A stretch of 64,000 bases of DNA, taken from NCBI RefSeq assembly GCF_035627355.1, contig NZ_DASPLW010000040.1, forward strand, positions 20,712 through 84,711. The letters run 5' to 3'. The notes under the pieces were generated by a model. It saw only the letters and a list, made by a program, of their open reading frames with translations. It was not told the DNA's origin and ran no database searches. Shown one piece after another: positions 10,322-20,542 of the stretch (its first letter is position 1; each line of letters starts with the position of its first letter). The DNA is from Ramlibacter sp. GTDB taxonomy: Bacteria > Pseudomonadota > Gammaproteobacteria > Burkholderiales > Burkholderiaceae_C. Position numbers and translations under genes: made by a program.

Positions 10322-11404
10322 ATGGCCGACCAGCGCATTCCCGTCGAGGCGATCAAGGGTCGTGGCACGGCCACGCGCCACCCGCACCGGTTCGAGCGCG
10401 ACCAGCGCGAGGCCTTCGATGACGGCTGGGGCGAGGCGGACGACAACGGGTCGCCGCGGCCGCCGCCCACCGAGGTCATCTGGGAGGACCCGCGCAGCGC
10501 CGTCGGCCAGGTCGATTCGCCCGACGTCTACTTCGACCGCTCGCTCAATCCCTACCGCGGCTGCGAGCACGGCTGCATCTACTGCTACGCCCGGCCGACC
10601 CACAGCTACCTGAACCTGTCGCCGGGGCTGGACTTCGAAACGAAGATCATCGCCAAGCGCGGCATCGCCGAGGTGCTGCGGCGCGAGCTGTCCCGGCCGC
10701 GCTACGAGCCGCGCATGATCGCCATCGGCACTGCCACCGACTGCTACCAGCCGGTCGAGCGCGAGCTGAAGCTGACGCGCTCGGTGATCGAGGTGCTGCA
10801 CGAGACCGACCACGCTTTCTCGCTGGTCACCAAGTCCAGCGGCGTCGAGCGCGACCTGGACCTGATCGCGCCCATGGCGCAGCGCAAGCTGGCGGCGGTG
10901 TACGTGACCATCACCACGCTGGATGCGGATCTGGCCCGCAAGCTGGAGCCGCGCGCCGCGGCGCCGCACCGGCGGCTGCGGCTGCTGCGCACGCTGGCCG
11001 AGCACGGCGTGCCCTGCGGCGTGAGCCTGGCGCCGCAGATCCCCTTCCTCACCGAGGACATGGAGCAGGTGCTGGAAGCGGCCTGGGACGCCGGCGCGCG
11101 CAGCGCCTTCTACCACGTGCTGCGGCTGCCCTGGGAGGTCGGCCCGCTGTTTCGCCAGTGGCTGGAGATGCACTACCTGCAGCGCGCGCAGCGGGTCATG
11201 GCACGGGTGCAGGACATGCGCGGCGGCAAGGACTACGACGCCGACTTCGCCACCCGCATGAAGGGCAGCGGCCCCTGGGCCGAGCTGCTGGCGCAGCGCT
11301 TCCGCCGCGCCACGCGTCGGCTGGGCTTCAATCGGGAGCGGGTGCAGATGGACCTGGGCCTGTTCCGGCCACCGTCGCCGCCGGGGCAGGGCCGGCTGTT
11401 CTGA
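10322..11404 (+). CDS. Radical SAM protein (PA0069-like family)
   Basis: CxxxCxxC cluster motif in YRGCEHGCIYCYARP. 360 aa. Confidence 0.8.
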   Translation: MADQRIPVEAIKGRGTATRHPHRFERDQREAFDDGWGEADDNGSPRPPPTEVIWEDPRSAVGQVDSPDVYFDRSLNPYRGCEHGCIYCYARPTHSYLNLSPGLDFETKIIAKRGIAEVLRRELSRPRYEPRMIAIGTATDCYQPVERELKLTRSVIEVLHETDHAFSLVTKSSGVERDLDLIAPMAQRKLAAVYVTITTLDADLARKLEPRAAAPHRRLRLLRTLAEHGVPCGVSLAPQIPFLTEDMEQVLEAAWDAGARSAFYHVLRLPWEVGPLFRQWLEMHYLQRAQRVMARVQDMRGGKDYDADFATRMKGSGPWAELLAQRFRRATRRLGFNRERVQMDLGLFRPPSPPGQGRLF

Positions 11405-11407
11405 GCC

Positions 11408-11971
11408 TCAGGACAGCGCGTACAAGGCGGCGAAGCCGCAGGCGAACACCAGCGCCCAGGTCACCATGCCGGCCAGGTTGGTGCGCCACTGGGCCGAGCC
11501 CGGGAGGCGGCGCAGCTGCAGGTTCCACAGGTACAACACCGGCAGCAGGCCCAGCAGCACCAGCAGCGAGGGCACCTGCCACTGGAACAGGCTGGCCCAG
11601 GTGGGCATCAGGGTGGACAGGCGCAGGCCCGAATCGACCAGCAGCTCGGGCGGCAGGTCCTGCGTGAGGACGCCTCCGGCCAGCAGGGCGCCGAGCAGCA
11701 GCAGGCCGGTGGCGGCGGCCTTGAAGGTGCGCCGCCAGCCGAGCAGGCTGAGCACGAAGCCGGCCGCGCCCGCCATGGTCAGGGCCGCACCGACGGCAGC
11801 CGGCAGCTGCTCCGTGCGGCCACCGAGCGCGTGCCAGAACCAGACGTTGCAGGCCACCCCGATCCAGCCGGCCGCGATGGCCACGGCCCAGCCGGGGTGC
11901 AAGGCGAGCCGCGCCTCGCCGGGGGTGAGGATGGAGTGGAAGCCCGTCGACCTGAACAGCTTCAGCGACAT
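11408..11971 (-). CDS. Polytopic membrane protein. It resembles the N-terminal TM module of phosphoethanolamine transferases but has no catalytic domain.
   Basis: 187 aa starting MSLKLFRSTGFHSILTPGE, with ~5 TM helices. The family assignment is recollection only. Confidence 0.5.
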   Translation of the reverse strand: MSLKLFRSTGFHSILTPGEARLALHPGWAVAIAAGWIGVACNVWFWHALGGRTEQLPAAVGAALTMAGAAGFVLSLLGWRRTFKAAATGLLLLGALLAGGVLTQDLPPELLVDSGLRLSTLMPTWASLFQWQVPSLLVLLGLLPVLYLWNLQLRRLPGSAQWRTNLAGMVTWALVFACGFAALYALS

Positions 11972-12112
11972 CCCGACATTGTGCGGGTTGCCCCGGCGTA
12001 CGCCAATGCCGTTGTCGCGCTGCCGGAACAACCGGTAAGCAATCGTTAGACGTCGACCCGCGGCTCCAGCGCCTCGGCTAGCGGCGCGGTGTTGAGCGCC
12101 CGCGAAGCTGCC

Positions 12113-13258
12113 TCAGGCGCTGAAAAAACCCTTGAGCTTGTCGGCCCAGGATTCCTCGGAGGGCGAGTGCCGGGCGCCGCCCTTCTTGAGCGACTCGTCC
12201 AGTTCCTTGAGCAGCTTGCGCTGGTGCTCGGTGAGCTTGACCGGCGTCTCCACGCTGATGTGGCAGTACAGGTCGCCGGGGTAGCTGGAGCGCACGCCCT
12301 TGATGCCCTTGCCGCGCAGGCGGAACTGCTTGCCGGCCTGGGTGCCCTCGGGGATGTCGATCGCCGCCTTGCCCTGCAGGGTGGGGACCTCGATCTCGCC
12401 GCCCAGCGCGGCGCTGGTGAAGGAGATCGGCACCACGCAGTGCAGGTCGTCGCCGTCGCGCTCGAAGATCGGGTGCTTCTTCAGCCGGATCTCGATGTAC
12501 AGGTCGCCCGGCGGGCCGCCGTTGTGGCCCGGCTCGCCGTTGCCGGCGCTGCGGATGCGCATGCCGTCGTCGATGCCGGCGGGGATCTTCACCTCCAGCG
12601 TCTTCTGCTTCTTGACCTTGCCCTGGCCGTGGCAGGTGGGGCAGGGCTCGGGAATGATCTTGCCGGCGCCGCGGCAGGTCGGGCAGGTCTGCTGCACCGA
12701 GAAGAAGCCCTGGCGCATCTGCACCACGCCGGCCCCGTGGCAGGTGCCGCAGGGCTTGGCCTGGGTGCCCGGCTTGGCGCCGCTGCCGTGGCAGGTGTCG
12801 CAGGGATCCCAGGTCGGGATGCGGATCTGCGCTTCCTTGCCGGCGGCCGCCTCCTCCAGCGTCACCTCCATCGCGTACGACAGGTCGTTGCCGCGGTAGA
12901 CCTGGCGCCCGCCGCGGGCGCCGCCCGCCCGGCCCTGGCCGAAGATGTCGCCGAAGATGTCGCCGAAGGCTTCCGCGAAGCCGCCGAAGCCCTCGGGGCC
13001 GGCGCCGGGCCCGCGCATGTTGGGGTCCACGCCCGCGTGGCCGTACTGGTCGTAGGCCGCGCGCTTGTCGGCATCCGAGAGCATCTCGTACGCCTCCTTG
13101 GCCTCCTTGAACTTGGCTTCCGCCTCCTTGGCCGCGTCCCCCTGGTTGCGGTCGGGGTGGAACTTCATCGCCAGCTTGCGATAAGCCTTCTTGATCTCGT
13201 CTTCCGAGGCGTTCTTCGGGACCCCGAGAACCTCGTAGTAATCACGCTTGGTGGCCAT
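12113..13258 (-). CDS. dnaJ: Molecular chaperone DnaJ
   Basis: [13 protein letters not shown]...HPDRN J-domain, a G/F-rich linker, and four CxxCxGxG zinc motifs. Confidence 0.95.
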   Translation of the reverse strand: MATKRDYYEVLGVPKNASEDEIKKAYRKLAMKFHPDRNQGDAAKEAEAKFKEAKEAYEMLSDADKRAAYDQYGHAGVDPNMRGPGAGPEGFGGFAEAFGDIFGDIFGQGRAGGARGGRQVYRGNDLSYAMEVTLEEAAAGKEAQIRIPTWDPCDTCHGSGAKPGTQAKPCGTCHGAGVVQMRQGFFSVQQTCPTCRGAGKIIPEPCPTCHGQGKVKKQKTLEVKIPAGIDDGMRIRSAGNGEPGHNGGPPGDLYIEIRLKKHPIFERDGDDLHCVVPISFTSAALGGEIEVPTLQGKAAIDIPEGTQAGKQFRLRGKGIKGVRSSYPGDLYCHISVETPVKLTEHQRKLLKELDESLKKGGARHSPSEESWADKLKGFFSA

Positions 13259-13341
13259 CGTGTCTTGATCGTTTCTTTCAGCGCGAACGCCGCGTTGGCT
13301 CCTCACCAACGCGGCGCGCGTTCATCGGCTGGGCGCCGCAA

Positions 13342-15291
13342 TCAGCCCTTCTTCACCTCTTTGACCTCGGCGTCGACCACGTTGTCGTCGGCCGGGCCGG
13401 AGGCCGCGGCGCCCGGCTGCGCGTCGCCGGCCTCACCGGCGCCCGCCGCCTGAGCGGCCTGGGCCTGCTGCATGTCGGCGTACATCTTCTCGCCCAGCTT
13501 CTGGCTGGCCGTCATCAGCGCGTTGGTCTTCTCGTCGATCTGCGTCTTGTCCTCGCCCTTGAGGGCTTCCTCGACGTCCTTCAGCGCGGCCTCGATCTTC
13601 TCCTTCTCGCCGGCCTCGAGCTTCTCGCCGTACTCGCCCAGGCTCTTGCGCACGCTGTGCACCAGCGCCTCGCCCTGGTTGCGGGCCTGCACCAGCTCCA
13701 GCTTCTTCTTGTCCTCGGCGGCGTTGAGCTCGGCGTCCTTCACCATCTTCTGGATCTCGTCCTCGGACAGGCCCGAGTTGGCCTTGATGGTGATCTTGTT
13801 CTCCTTGCCCGTGCCCTTGTCCTTGGCGCTGACATGCAGGATGCCGTTGGCGTCGATGTCGAAGGTGACCTCGATCTGCGGCAGGCCGCGCGGTGCCGGC
13901 GGGATGCCCTCCAGGTTGAACTCGCCCAGCAGCTTGTTGCCGCTGGCCATCTCGCGCTCGCCCTGGAACACCTTGATCGTCACGGCCGGCTGGTTGTCGT
14001 CGGCGGTGGAGAACGTCTGGGCGAACTTGGTCGGGATGGTCGTGTTCTTGGCGATCATCTTGGTCATCACGCCACCCAGCGTCTCGATGCCCAGCGACAG
14101 CGGGGTCACGTCCAGCAGCAGCACGTCCTTGCGGTCGCCGCCCAGCACCTGGCCCTGGATGGCGGCACCCACGGCCACCGCCTCGTCGGGGTTGACGTCC
14201 TTGCGCGGCTCGCGGCCGAAGAACTCCTTGACCTTCTCCTGCACCTTGGGCATGCGGGTCTGGCCGCCCACCAGGATCACGTCGTGGATGTCGCTCACGC
14301 TCACGCCGGCGTCCTTGATGGCCGTGCGGCAGGGCGCGATGGTGCGCTCGATCAGCTCGTCGACCAGGCTTTCCAGCTTGGCGCGGGTGAGCTTGATGTT
14401 CAGGTGCTTGGGGCCCGACGCGTCGGCCGTGATGTACGGCAGGTTGATGTCGGTCTGCGCGCTGTTGGACAGCTCGATCTTGGCCTTCTCGGCGGCTTCC
14501 TTCAGGCGCTGCAGCGCCAGCACGTCCTTGGACAGGTCGACGCCCTGTTCCTTCTTGAACTCCGAGATGATGTAGTCGATCACGCGCTGGTCGAAGTCTT
14601 CCCCGCCCAGGAAGGTGTCGCCGTTGGTGGAGAGCACCTCGAACTGCTTCTCGCCGTCGACGTCGGCGATCTCGATGATGGAGATGTCGAAGGTGCCGCC
14701 GCCCAGGTCATAGACGGCGATCTTGCGGTCGCCCTTCTCCTGCTTGTCCAGGCCGAAGGCCAGCGCGGCCGCCGTCGGCTCGTTGATGATGCGCTTGACG
14801 TCCAGGCCCGCGATGCGGCCGGCGTCCTTGGTAGCCTGGCGCTGGGCGTCGTTGAAGTACGCCGGCACCGTGATCACGGCCTCGGTGACCGGCTCGCCCA
14901 GGTAGTCCTCGGCGGTCTTCTTCATCTTGCGCAGGATCTCGGCCGACACCTGCGGCGGGGCCAGCTTCTTGCCGCGCACCTCGACCCAGGCGTCGCCGTT
15001 GTCGGCCTTGACGATCTGGTAGGGCATGAGGTGGATGTCCTTCTGGACTTCCTTCTCCTCGAACTTGCGGCCGATCAGGCGCTTGACGGCGTAGATGGTG
15101 TTCTTGGGGTTGGTGACGGCCTGGCGCTTGGCCGACGCGCCGACGAGGATCTCGCCGTCGTCCTGGTACGCCACGATCGACGGGGTGGTGCGCGCGCCTT
15201 CGCTGTTCTCGATGACCTTGGGGGTATTGCCTTCCATGATGGACACGCACGAGTTCGTGGTGCCCAGGTCGATGCCGATGATCTTGCCCAT
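13342..15291 (-). CDS. dnaK: Molecular chaperone DnaK (Hsp70)
   Basis: [24 protein letters not shown], and full-length Hsp70 architecture (649 aa). Confidence 0.98.
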   Translation of the reverse strand: MGKIIGIDLGTTNSCVSIMEGNTPKVIENSEGARTTPSIVAYQDDGEILVGASAKRQAVTNPKNTIYAVKRLIGRKFEEKEVQKDIHLMPYQIVKADNGDAWVEVRGKKLAPPQVSAEILRKMKKTAEDYLGEPVTEAVITVPAYFNDAQRQATKDAGRIAGLDVKRIINEPTAAALAFGLDKQEKGDRKIAVYDLGGGTFDISIIEIADVDGEKQFEVLSTNGDTFLGGEDFDQRVIDYIISEFKKEQGVDLSKDVLALQRLKEAAEKAKIELSNSAQTDINLPYITADASGPKHLNIKLTRAKLESLVDELIERTIAPCRTAIKDAGVSVSDIHDVILVGGQTRMPKVQEKVKEFFGREPRKDVNPDEAVAVGAAIQGQVLGGDRKDVLLLDVTPLSLGIETLGGVMTKMIAKNTTIPTKFAQTFSTADDNQPAVTIKVFQGEREMASGNKLLGEFNLEGIPPAPRGLPQIEVTFDIDANGILHVSAKDKGTGKENKITIKANSGLSEDEIQKMVKDAELNAAEDKKKLELVQARNQGEALVHSVRKSLGEYGEKLEAGEKEKIEAALKDVEEALKGEDKTQIDEKTNALMTASQKLGEKMYADMQQAQAAQAAGAGEAGDAQPGAAASGPADDNVVDAEVKEVKKG

Positions 15292-15343
15292 GATGTCTTC
15301 TCTCCTGTCCTGCGGGGCTGCGCCCCTATCCTTGCTGCAGCCC

Positions 15344-15371
15344 AGTTGTGGATAACCGGGCCTGTTTCAAG
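15344..15371 (-). promoter_or_regulatory. Candidate sigma32 (RpoH) promoter of dnaK
   Basis: The minus strand reads CTTGAA-N14-CCACAACT (E. coli consensus CTTGAA-N13-17-CCCCATNT), about 50 nt upstream of the dnaK ATG. Confidence 0.45.
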
Positions 15372-15389
15372 TCGTTCCTCAGGCGGGCC

Positions 15390-15962
15390 TTACTGCGGCG
15401 CCGCCACCATGACCAGCGCCGGCCGCAGCACGCGGTCGGCGATCAGGTAACCCTTCTGCAATACGGAAGCGACGGTGTTCGGCTCCTGGCCCGGGGCCGG
15501 CACCATGGAGATCGCCTGGTGCAGGTGCGGGTCGAACTTGTCGCCCACGGCCGGGTTGACTTCCAGCACCTTGTTGCGCTCCAAAGCCTGCTTGAGCTGG
15601 CGCAGGGTGACCTCGGCGCCTTCGCGGACCTGTTCGACGGTGGCTTCCTTGACGGCCAGGCCGGCCTCCAGGCTGTCGCACACGGGCAGCAGGCTCTCGG
15701 CGAAGCTCTCGATCGCGAACTTGCGGGCCTTGGCCATCTCCTCGTCGGCCCGGCGGCGGGTGTTCTGCACCTCGGCCTGGGCCCGCAGGTACTGCTCGGA
15801 CAGCTCGGCGTTCTTGCTGCGCAGCGTCTCCAGTTCGCCCAGCGAGGCCGCGAGGTCGGCCTCGTTGGCCGCCGAAGCGGCCTCGCGCTCTTCGGGGCTG
15901 ATGTCGGCCGGAGCCGGGGCGCCATCCAGGGTCGGTTCGATCTTGGGGTCGTCGGGGTTCAT
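15390..15962 (-). CDS. grpE: Nucleotide exchange factor GrpE
   Basis: 190 aa. GrpE core ([14 protein letters not shown]...[19 protein letters not shown]). Immediately upstream of dnaK. Confidence 0.95.
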   Translation of the reverse strand: MNPDDPKIEPTLDGAPAPADISPEEREAASAANEADLAASLGELETLRSKNAELSEQYLRAQAEVQNTRRRADEEMAKARKFAIESFAESLLPVCDSLEAGLAVKEATVEQVREGAEVTLRQLKQALERNKVLEVNPAVGDKFDPHLHQAISMVPAPGQEPNTVASVLQKGYLIADRVLRPALVMVAAPQ

Positions 15963-16001
15963 CTCTTTTTCGGTCGAATCGGCGGTAAACCAGCGCCGCA
16001 G

Positions 16002-16027
16002 CTTGGGGCAGCGTAGTGGTTTTCAAG
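16002..16027 (-). promoter_or_regulatory. Candidate sigma32 (RpoH) promoter of grpE
   Basis: The minus strand reads CTTGAA-N13-CCCCAAGC, about 35-40 nt upstream of the grpE ATG. Confidence 0.55.
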
Positions 16028-16157
16028 CCGGCGAACGGTCGCGGCAGCCAAAAAAAGGCTGAGCCAGCCCGAACGGGCCACCCGCGCCAGCCCGACCGCA
16101 GCCACGGATGGGCTGGCAACCGGCCCTACAGTAGGGACTTTGCGGCAGGAGGACGGC

Positions 16158-16541
16158 ATGGCACGGCAATGGATCGCTTCGGGCTCCCCCTTCGAGGAGC
16201 AGATCGGCTACTCGCGGGCGGTGGTCGACGGCGACTGGGTGTTCGTGTCCGGCACCACCGGCTTCGACTACGCCACCCTGTCGATCGCGGACGACGTGGC
16301 GGCCCAGTGCGAGCAGTGCCTGCAGAACATCGCGACCGCGCTGGCCCAGGCCGGCGCCAGCCTGGACGACGTGGTGCGCGTCACCTACGTCCTGCCCGAT
16401 GGCAAGGACTTCGAGGCCTGCTGGCCGGTGCTGCGCCGGCACTTCGGCGTCGCGCGGCCGGCGGCGATGATGATCCAGGCCGGGCTGCTGGATCCGCGGA
16501 TGAAGATCGAGATCGAGGTGACGGCGCGGAAGCGGGGCTGA
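16158..16541 (+). CDS. RidA/YjgF family protein
   Basis: MARQWIASGSPFEEQIGYSRAV..., ending IEIEVTARKRG. Typical RidA size and pattern. Confidence 0.85.
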   Translation: MARQWIASGSPFEEQIGYSRAVVDGDWVFVSGTTGFDYATLSIADDVAAQCEQCLQNIATALAQAGASLDDVVRVTYVLPDGKDFEACWPVLRRHFGVARPAAMMIQAGLLDPRMKIEIEVTARKRG

Positions 16542-16578
16542 GCGCGGTCATCCCGAGTGCCCCCGGGACTCCGGAGCG

Positions 16579-16929
16579 TCAGTGCGCGTCCAGCAGCTCC
16601 ACGTCGAACTTCAGCGTCGCGTTCGGCGGGATCACCCCGCCGGCGCCGCGGGCGCCGTAGCCCAGCTGCGGCGGGATGATCAGCGTGCGCTTGCCGCCCA
16701 CCTTCATGCCGGCCACGCCTTCGTCCCAGCCCTTGATCACCATGCCTGCGCCGAGGGAGAAGGCGAACGGGTCGTTGCGGTCGCGGCTGGAATCGAACTT
16801 GGCGCCGGCAGCGCCGTTCTCGTACAGCCAGCCGGTGTAGTGCACGTGCACGTGCTGGCCGGGGCGGGCCTCGGCGCCGGTGCCGGGGGCGGTGTCTTCG
16901 TACTGAAGACCGGAAGGGGTCGTGATCAT
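16579..16929 (-). CDS. FKBP-type peptidyl-prolyl cis-trans isomerase
   Basis: [41 protein letters not shown] motif set. Confidence 0.9.
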   Translation of the reverse strand: MITTPSGLQYEDTAPGTGAEARPGQHVHVHYTGWLYENGAAGAKFDSSRDRNDPFAFSLGAGMVIKGWDEGVAGMKVGGKRTLIIPPQLGYGARGAGGVIPPNATLKFDVELLDAH

Positions 16930-16983
16930 GGCGGGCGAGTGTACCGACGCCGCAAGGGGCCGCCGTAACAAGCCGCCCGCCGC

Positions 16984-17307
16984 TCAGGTCTCCGGCGGCG
17001 AGCGCTTGCGGCCCTGGGCCGCGACCCAGCGGGCCGAGAAGGCCGGCAGGTCCGACAGCCGCCTGAGCAGATCCGCCCCCACCGGCGTGACGCAGTAGCC
17101 GTCCGGGCCGCGCGCCAGCAGGCCGGCCTCGCGCAGTTCCTTGATGCGGGTGTTCAGCGTGTTGGGCGTGATGCCGCCCACGCTGTCCTGCAGCAGGCGG
17201 AAGGTCTGCGGGTGGCCGTCCTTCAGGGCCCAGAGCACGCGGATCGCGTAGCGTGCCTCGAGCAGCGCCAGCAGCTGGAAGATGGCCGCGTTGTCCCTGG
17301 AGCTCAT
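16984..17307 (-). CDS. HxlR family transcriptional regulator
   Basis: 107 aa winged-helix protein. ...RVLWALKDGHPQTFRLLQDSVGGITPNTLNTRIKELREAGLL. Confidence 0.85.
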   Translation of the reverse strand: MSSRDNAAIFQLLALLEARYAIRVLWALKDGHPQTFRLLQDSVGGITPNTLNTRIKELREAGLLARGPDGYCVTPVGADLLRRLSDLPAFSARWVAAQGRKRSPPET

Positions 17308-17328
17308 GCCTTGGTCTTGTTGTCGCCG

Positions 17329-17374
17329 CCCCGCTTCGCGAAGCGGGGAGGGGGAGTGTATGCGTTAGCTACAC
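17329..17374. promoter_or_regulatory. Palindromes in the hxlR / SRAP divergent region (candidate operator)
   Basis: Perfect 20-bp palindrome ccccgcttcgcgaagcgggg (about 17329-17348) and GTGTA-N9-TACAC (about 17356-17374). Confidence 0.3.
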
Positions 17375-17422
17375 AAACAATAGCGGGCAATCCCTCACTG
17401 CCCGGGCCGCTAGGATCGTGCG

Positions 17423-18130
17423 ATGTGCTCCAACTACGTGCCGGTCAGCCGGCGCGACCGCCTGCTGGCCTTCTTCGGGGTCGCCCGCGAGCGCGACGAC
17501 GAGCCGGTGGACGCCTGGCCGCTGGGGCTGGCGCCCTTCATCCGGCTGGCGCAGGACGGCTCGGGCTTCGAGCGGGTGGTCGACGACGGCATCTTCGGGC
17601 TGCTGCCCGAGTTCGCCACCGAGCTGGCCTTCGGCCGGCGCACCTACAACGCCCGCAGCGAGACCGTGGACCGGCTGCCCAGCTTCCGCGACGCCTGGCG
17701 CCGCGGCCAGCGCTGCGTGATTCCCTGCGAGGCGATCTACGAGCCCAACTGGGAGACGGGCGAATGCGTGCGCTGGGCCATCCACCAGGACGGCTTCGTG
17801 CCCTTCGGCGTGGCCGGCATCTGGGCACCGTGGCGGCACCCGGACGGGCGCGAGGTCCTGAGCTTCGCCATGCTCACCGTCAACGCCGACGAGCACCCGC
17901 TGATGCGGCGCTTCCACCGCCCGGGCGACGAGAAGCGCATGGTCGTGATCCTGGACCCGGAGGACTACGGCAACTGGCTCAGCTGCCGCGTGCAGGACGC
18001 GCCGGCCTACTTCCGGATGTGGGACAAGCCGCTGCTGGCCCAGCCCTCGCCGCTGCCGCCGCGCGCGCCCAGGGCCGGCAGCGTGCGGACCGTGCGCCCG
18101 CCGCCGCCGCGCACCGGCGACCTGTTCTGA
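17423..18130 (+). CDS. SOS response-associated peptidase (SRAP/YedK family, abasic-site processing)
   Basis: Starts MCSNYVP (catalytic Cys2). SRAP-like body, 235 aa. Confidence 0.9.
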   Translation: MCSNYVPVSRRDRLLAFFGVARERDDEPVDAWPLGLAPFIRLAQDGSGFERVVDDGIFGLLPEFATELAFGRRTYNARSETVDRLPSFRDAWRRGQRCVIPCEAIYEPNWETGECVRWAIHQDGFVPFGVAGIWAPWRHPDGREVLSFAMLTVNADEHPLMRRFHRPGDEKRMVVILDPEDYGNWLSCRVQDAPAYFRMWDKPLLAQPSPLPPRAPRAGSVRTVRPPPPRTGDLF

Positions 18131-18143
18131 GCGTCGCGCGCGC

Positions 18144-19505
18144 TCACACCAGCGCGCGCACCGGACGCTGCGACCAGGGGCCGAAGAAGTAGGCCGCCTG
18201 CAGCAGCAGGCCGGCGCCGTACGTGGCGGGGTAGGCCAGCCAGATCCAGGGCAGGCCGAAGGCGCGGCCGAACGCCCATCCCGACGGCGCCATCAGCAAG
18301 GCGAGGCAGCCGATCGTGATCAGCGTGGGCACGCGCACGGTGCCGGTGGCGCGCATCACGCCGCTCAGCACGCTGGCCATCCCGAACAGCACGCTGCCGA
18401 TCACCGTCAACCTCAGCGCGGCCGAGGCGAGATCGACCACGGCCGCATCGTCCACGAACAGGCCGGCCGCCGGCCGCGCCAGCACGGCGACCAGCAGCGC
18501 CAGCCCGCCGGTCAGTGCCAGGTTCATGCCCAGCCCGATGCGCGTGACCTCCCGCAGCTGCGCCAGCCGCCCGGCGCCGATGGCGTGCGCGGCGAACACG
18601 GACGCCGCGATCGAGATCGACATCGCCGGGAACTGCACGTAGGCCGTGACCTGGCCGACGGCGCCCCAGGCCGCGGTCGCGTGCAGCCCGTGCGCGTTGA
18701 CCAGCGACAGCAGCGCCAGGTCGGCCAGCGAGCCGGTGATGAAGAACAGCGCTGTCGGGACGCCCAGGCGGGCGACCTGCCGCAGCAGGGCACGGTCGAA
18801 GCGCAGGTGCGGCGCCAGCGCGCGCCAGGCCAGCACGTGCCGGCGCCGGGCAAGGTGCCAGGCCAGCCAGCCCAGGCTGGCGAGGTTGCCGGCCAGCACC
18901 GCCCACGCGGCGCTGGCCACCCCCAGCGGAGGCAGCCCCAGCGATCCGCGGATCAGGGCCGGGGTCAGCACCATGGTGCTGGCCGTGGTGACGAGCAGGG
19001 CCCGCATCGGCGTCACGCTGTCGCCCACGCCGCGCAGCAGCGCCGCGGCCACGATCGACAGGAACAGCGCCGGCAGCGCCAGCAGCATCACGCGGGCATA
19101 GGCCACGGCCTGCGGCAGCACCTCGGGCGGCGTGCGCAGTCCTTGCAGCAGGGGACCGATCGAGACCAGGCCGATCGCCATCACGACGAGGCCGCCCGCG
19201 AACGCGCTGGCCAGCGCGGTGCCGGCCACCCGCTGCACGACCTCGGGCTTCTTCGCGCCCCAGGCCTGCCCGACCAGGATGGAACTGCCGGTGCCCATGC
19301 CGATCACCAGCGCGATCAGCGCCATCAACAGCGGGAAGAAGGCCACCGCCGCGGCCAGCGCCGCCGTGCCCAGCATGCGCCCCAGATAGATGCTGTTGAG
19401 GGTGCTGGACAGCGCCTGCAGGACGTTGGTGAGGACCAGCGGGGCCAGGAAGGCCAGGAACCGGGTCCAGAGGGGAGCCGATTCGCCGGCTGCGGAAGGG
19501 CTCAT
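18144..19505 (-). CDS. MATE family efflux transporter
   Basis: 453 aa, ~12 TM helices, MATE-like N-terminus (FLAFLAPLVLTNVLQALSSTLNSIYLGRMLG). Confidence 0.9.
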   Translation of the reverse strand: MSPSAAGESAPLWTRFLAFLAPLVLTNVLQALSSTLNSIYLGRMLGTAALAAAVAFFPLLMALIALVIGMGTGSSILVGQAWGAKKPEVVQRVAGTALASAFAGGLVVMAIGLVSIGPLLQGLRTPPEVLPQAVAYARVMLLALPALFLSIVAAALLRGVGDSVTPMRALLVTTASTMVLTPALIRGSLGLPPLGVASAAWAVLAGNLASLGWLAWHLARRRHVLAWRALAPHLRFDRALLRQVARLGVPTALFFITGSLADLALLSLVNAHGLHATAAWGAVGQVTAYVQFPAMSISIAASVFAAHAIGAGRLAQLREVTRIGLGMNLALTGGLALLVAVLARPAAGLFVDDAAVVDLASAALRLTVIGSVLFGMASVLSGVMRATGTVRVPTLITIGCLALLMAPSGWAFGRAFGLPWIWLAYPATYGAGLLLQAAYFFGPWSQRPVRALV

Positions 19506-19583
19506 CGGGTGGAATCGTATCGGAGCGTCCGCGCCGGATCGGGCGACGATGACGCCGATGCGACGGCGAGGGTGTGCCGGGGA

Positions 19584-20375
19584 TCAGCCCTTGGGATCGG
19601 GGCGCTTGAGCGGCTGGGTCTTGTCGTACTGCACGGGCTGGGTCTTCTGGTACGCCTGCCCGCGATCCAGCACCTGCGTCTTCGCGAAGGCCTGCTCGGA
19701 CTCCGTGGCCGGGGACTTCCCGAGGGTCGCCATCGGCTGCGTCTTCTCGAAGGGCATGGGCTGGGTCTTGCCGAAGCCGTCCTCGTCGGCGCCGAACTGC
19801 GCGTCGCGCGCGCTGAACAGGCGATCGAGTTCGGCGCGCTTCTCGTGGACGGCCGGGCGCTCGGGGACCGGCGGGGCCGCCGGCTCCGCGGGCGCGGCGC
19901 TCGCTGTGGGCGCCGCGCTCACCACCGGTGCGGCCGGCGCGTCGCTTCCGGTGGCCGTCCAGCTCCCGGGGTGGGGCAGGGGCGGGCAGGCCGACGCATC
20001 CTCCAGCGCGAACTGCCACGACAGGCCGATCAGCCACTGCTCCGCCTCCGGGTCCAGCGCCAGGATGCGCTTCTCGATGAAGTCCTGCAGTGCCACCGCG
20101 TGCAGCATCAGGCGGGCGTCCCAGTGCTGCACCACCAGCCGCACGTGCACGCCCGTCTCGCGCCCCGGTGCCGCCGTGGTGAGCGGTTCGGCACGGATCC
20201 ACTGGGCGGGGACCCCGGTGTGCAGCAGCGATTCGCGCACCGCGATGCGGGCCAGCTCCTTGCGGACCGATTGCGGTGAGCCGAGCGTCGATTGCGGCGC
20301 CTGCGCCGGCGCCGCCGCGCCGCCGGACTGCGCCGAGCCGCCGCCCTTGCCGAGCAGCCGATCCATCAATCCCAT
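19584..20375 (-). CDS. Hypothetical protein with C-terminal K-T-Q-P peptide repeats
   Basis: ATG at 20375 is preceded by GGGAGGA. Ala/Pro-rich linker. Five degenerate x-K-T-Q-[PV] repeats at the C-terminus. No family recognised. Confidence 0.6.
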   Translation of the reverse strand: MGLMDRLLGKGGGSAQSGGAAAPAQAPQSTLGSPQSVRKELARIAVRESLLHTGVPAQWIRAEPLTTAAPGRETGVHVRLVVQHWDARLMLHAVALQDFIEKRILALDPEAEQWLIGLSWQFALEDASACPPLPHPGSWTATGSDAPAAPVVSAAPTASAAPAEPAAPPVPERPAVHEKRAELDRLFSARDAQFGADEDGFGKTQPMPFEKTQPMATLGKSPATESEQAFAKTQVLDRGQAYQKTQPVQYDKTQPLKRPDPKG

Positions 20376-20542
20376 GAACAATCCTCCCGGTGGCAGGCGC
20401 CCGGCGGGCGCCTCGTGTCGCGAGCGCGAGTATGCGCGCGGTGGGGCCTGGGGGCAAAGGCATGTCGTTTTGCCTACACGGCCGACCGCGCGCGGAGGCG
20501 CCGCCAGGCACGCAGGGGCCGGCAACGAACAACAATAGGGGC

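Noticed and set aside
17349-17422. LexA (SOS) box upstream of the SRAP/YedK-like gene
   Set aside because: No CTGT-N8-ACAG-type motif is present. Only the palindromes reported as a possible HxlR operator were found.
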